Of a stretch of 64,000 nucleotides of DNA, positions 61,578-64,000 are shown in pieces. The stretch is from the human T2T-CHM13v2.0 reference genome, Homo sapiens, in NCBI GenBank assembly GCA_009914755.4, contig CP068257.2:19712001-19776000 (forward strand), read 5' to 3'. The notes under the pieces are model-generated. The model ran no database searches and was not told where the DNA came from. It worked only from the letters and a program-made list of their open reading frames with translations. How positions within the stretch are numbered: the stretch's first letter is position 1; each line of letters starts with the position of its first letter. The translations under genes and the position numbers were made by a program.

Positions 61578-61839
61578 GTATGAATTTCTTATTGGATTGA
61601 GTTTATTTGTAACTATATTTTCCTTAAACCTCTCCGTGAAATAGTATAATGTTAAATAAGTTATATTTTACATACCTTAACAGTTGTAAATAAATTTAAA
61701 GATATAGATATAGACGTATGAATTTCTTGTTGGATTGAGTTTATTTGTAATTATATTTTCCTTAATCCTCTCCAAGAAATAGTATAATGCTAAATAAATT
61801 ATTTTACATACCTTAAGGGTTGTAAATAAAGATATAGAC
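61578..61839. repeat. Local tandem duplication of two units (138 bp and 124 bp), about 92% identical.
   Basis: Unit 1: gtatgaatttcttattggattgagtttatttgtaactatattttccttaaacctctccgtgaaatagtataatgttaaataagttatattttacataccttaacagttgtaaataaatttaaagatatagatatagac. Unit 2: gtatgaatttcttgttggattgagtttatttgtaattatattttccttaatcctctccaagaaatagtataatgctaaataaattattttacataccttaagggttgtaaataaagatatagac. Confidence 0.9.
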
Positions 61840-63815
61840 GTAAACTTAGTTTTTGACTTTGAATATCAAGAAATTTGGCTTCTCTTATAGTTGTTCCTTT
61901 AATCAGTTGTGTGTTCTTAGATTCTTCATGTCCCTGGCTTTTTCAATTTAGTTGAACTGTTGAATTAAAATTTATTTGACTATTTAATTTCCAGTCAATT
62001 CAATGTACAGTTTAAAAAACACTGTGTAAGCCATTAGATAAATAATTGTGACTGAGATACATTCTGACCCCCAAATGGACATCATTTGGTGTAGAAACGA
62101 TCAAATAGATGCTTCCATTGCCTAATGACCATGATGAGGGAAATCACAGAATGCTGTGGGTGCACAATTTAGGCCACCTCATCTAGAACTGAAGAGTGTG
62201 GAAAGGCTGTGTTTAGAAAGTGAGGAGCTTACTTTTGAACTCAGTCAGTTGAAGGGAAGGGCAGGTATATGCCGAGCTAATGGAAAGCCATAGGCAAATG
62301 TATCTGTGTAATATTTAGCACACCTAAGTACAAAGATGTACCACCATTTATGGGATGTTAAGTTGTTTTCAGTTTTTGTTATTAAAATAATAGTGCATTA
62401 AAAGTCCTTTAAATAAACTTTTATAATATTTATAATTATTTTCTCTGGATACATACTGGATTGCAGAATCAAGATTATAAAGCTGTTTTATCTTCCTGAG
62501 AATTGTTTCAATTATATTCCCTTTAATAATAGATGATAGGATTCACAGCACCAAAATGTTTCAAACCCTGAAAATTATAATTTTATTTCTGTATTTGATT
62601 GGGCATATAATAGACGTTGGTTAAAATAGCCCTATATTGATATCTGAGCCCTAAAACTTATTGTGGGAATGAGCTTGGCATCTCTTAACTCAGATCCCTT
62701 TTCCATAGAACAGAGATTATTCCTTCCTTACAAGGTTATTAAAAATATTAAATATAATAAAGTATATAAACAACTTACCTTCATATAGAAATGATTCAGT
62801 AAGCATTTCAGACTTGTATGTGAGATTGTCATTAAAAACATTCATTAAAGTAAAATAGGACAAGGACTTCTAAATGATTACTTCTGCATTTGTACTACAG
62901 ATAAGTTACATATCTGATATTTATATAATTAGTAGATATAACAAAACTGGATATTGCTTTTTTAAGTAGTTTGCAGTAATAAAATATTTAAAAGTTAAAT
63001 GACTTAAATTGATATTTTTTGATGTGATATTAAGTTCTAAGTAGTTAATATTAGTAACAATAATCAGCATAAATATGAGCAAAATTTTAGCTACAGCTTA
63101 CTTGAGAATTATGCTTTCATGTAAAAATAATTATAAAATCTTCTCAAATAATTATGCAGGCAGGAAATTGAGAGGTTACAATATTTGGCATTTGATTTAG
63201 ATCGTAGTCCTGGGGTGGAGGAAGAGTGAAAACAACATTTGTATGTTTTCACATTTAGATTTTTAAATAAAATTATACATTGTTTTCTCTTAACTTCTGT
63301 GATAGAGATCTAGAATACAGACCTGAAAAAATTGATAGGGAATCGTAAGAATAGGAACTGGTTACTTTTCAAATTAATTATTGTTGATTAATTTATGACA
63401 TCTGTGGTTTAGTAAAAATGGGAAATATGGATACTTTAGGGAAAAAATGTTTAGTTATGTTGTTGCCATTCCAACTTAGATTTCATACCTGAGTCTTCAA
63501 AATAATTTATAGAAAAAGTGACTATGACTTAAACGAAATAAAAAGTGAGGAAAGAACCATTTATTAGATTTTATCCTAAACTCTCACTTTATAGTTTGTT
63601 CCAGAAATAGTTTCTACACAAGTAGATAGTCATTAACATAGTCAATATGTATTTTTTGTCAGATTAGTAAGAGCAAATTTAACTCTGGTTCTCTTATATT
63701 TTAATAATTGGTAATTTATGAGTGTATGTTAATCCTATTAAATTATGTGATAAAAGTATTCAAATGACATATATTTTCGTGAGTTCTGATGCACTGTGTT
63801 AAATACACAAAATTA

Positions 63816-64000
63816 GGCTGGGAGCGGTGGCTCACGCCTGTAATTCCAGCACTTTGGGAGTCTGAGGCGGGCGGATCTCGAGGTCAGGAGATCGAGAATC
63901 ACGAGGTCAGGAGATCGAGACCATCCTGGCTAACACAGTGAAACCCCGTCTCTACTAAAAATACAAAAGATTAGCCTGGCTTGGTGGCGGGCACCTGTAG
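63816..64000 (+). mobile_element. Alu SINE, + orientation, running off the window edge, with an internal 21-bp tandem duplication (cgaggtcaggagatcgaga ×2).
   Basis: ggctgggagcggtggctcacgcctgtaattccagcactttgggagtctgaggcgggcggatctCGAGGTCAGGAGATCGAGAatcaCGAGGTCAGGAGATCGAGAccatcctggctaacacagtgaaaccccgtctctactaaaaatacaaaag. Confidence 0.9.

Overview
This looks like human or closely related hominoid nuclear DNA, not a prokaryotic locus. It is AT-rich, has almost no CpG, and is dominated by primate interspersed repeats. I can support one protein-coding feature: a single 151-bp exon on the + strand encoding the C-terminal half of an NCAM-family immunoglobulin (Ig) domain. It is most likely NCAM2 and is not NCAM1; it carries canonical AG/GT splice sites and sits inside a very large repeat-filled intron. 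About half of the window is mobile-element sequence. I see at least 16 Alu elements or Alu monomers, several 5'-truncated L1 copies on both strands (L1PA, L1PB/L1MA and old L1M types), four MaLR LTRs (two THE1/MST-like, two MLT1-like), two further ERV-type solo LTRs nested inside L1 elements, many microsatellites, and a few local duplications. Nearly all ORFs in the supplied six-frame track are L1 ORF2 relics, Alu or LTR read-through, or chance ORFs in GC-rich or low-complexity DNA. I found no rRNA, tRNA, CRISPR, operon-like arrangement or other candidate novel system. The most interesting structures are transposon-architecture oddities: nested LTR insertions, a perfect hairpin beside an L1 stub, and an ectopic L1 segment. 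Old MIR, L2 and DNA-transposon fragments that I cannot recognise by eye probably remain in the unannotated AT-rich stretches.
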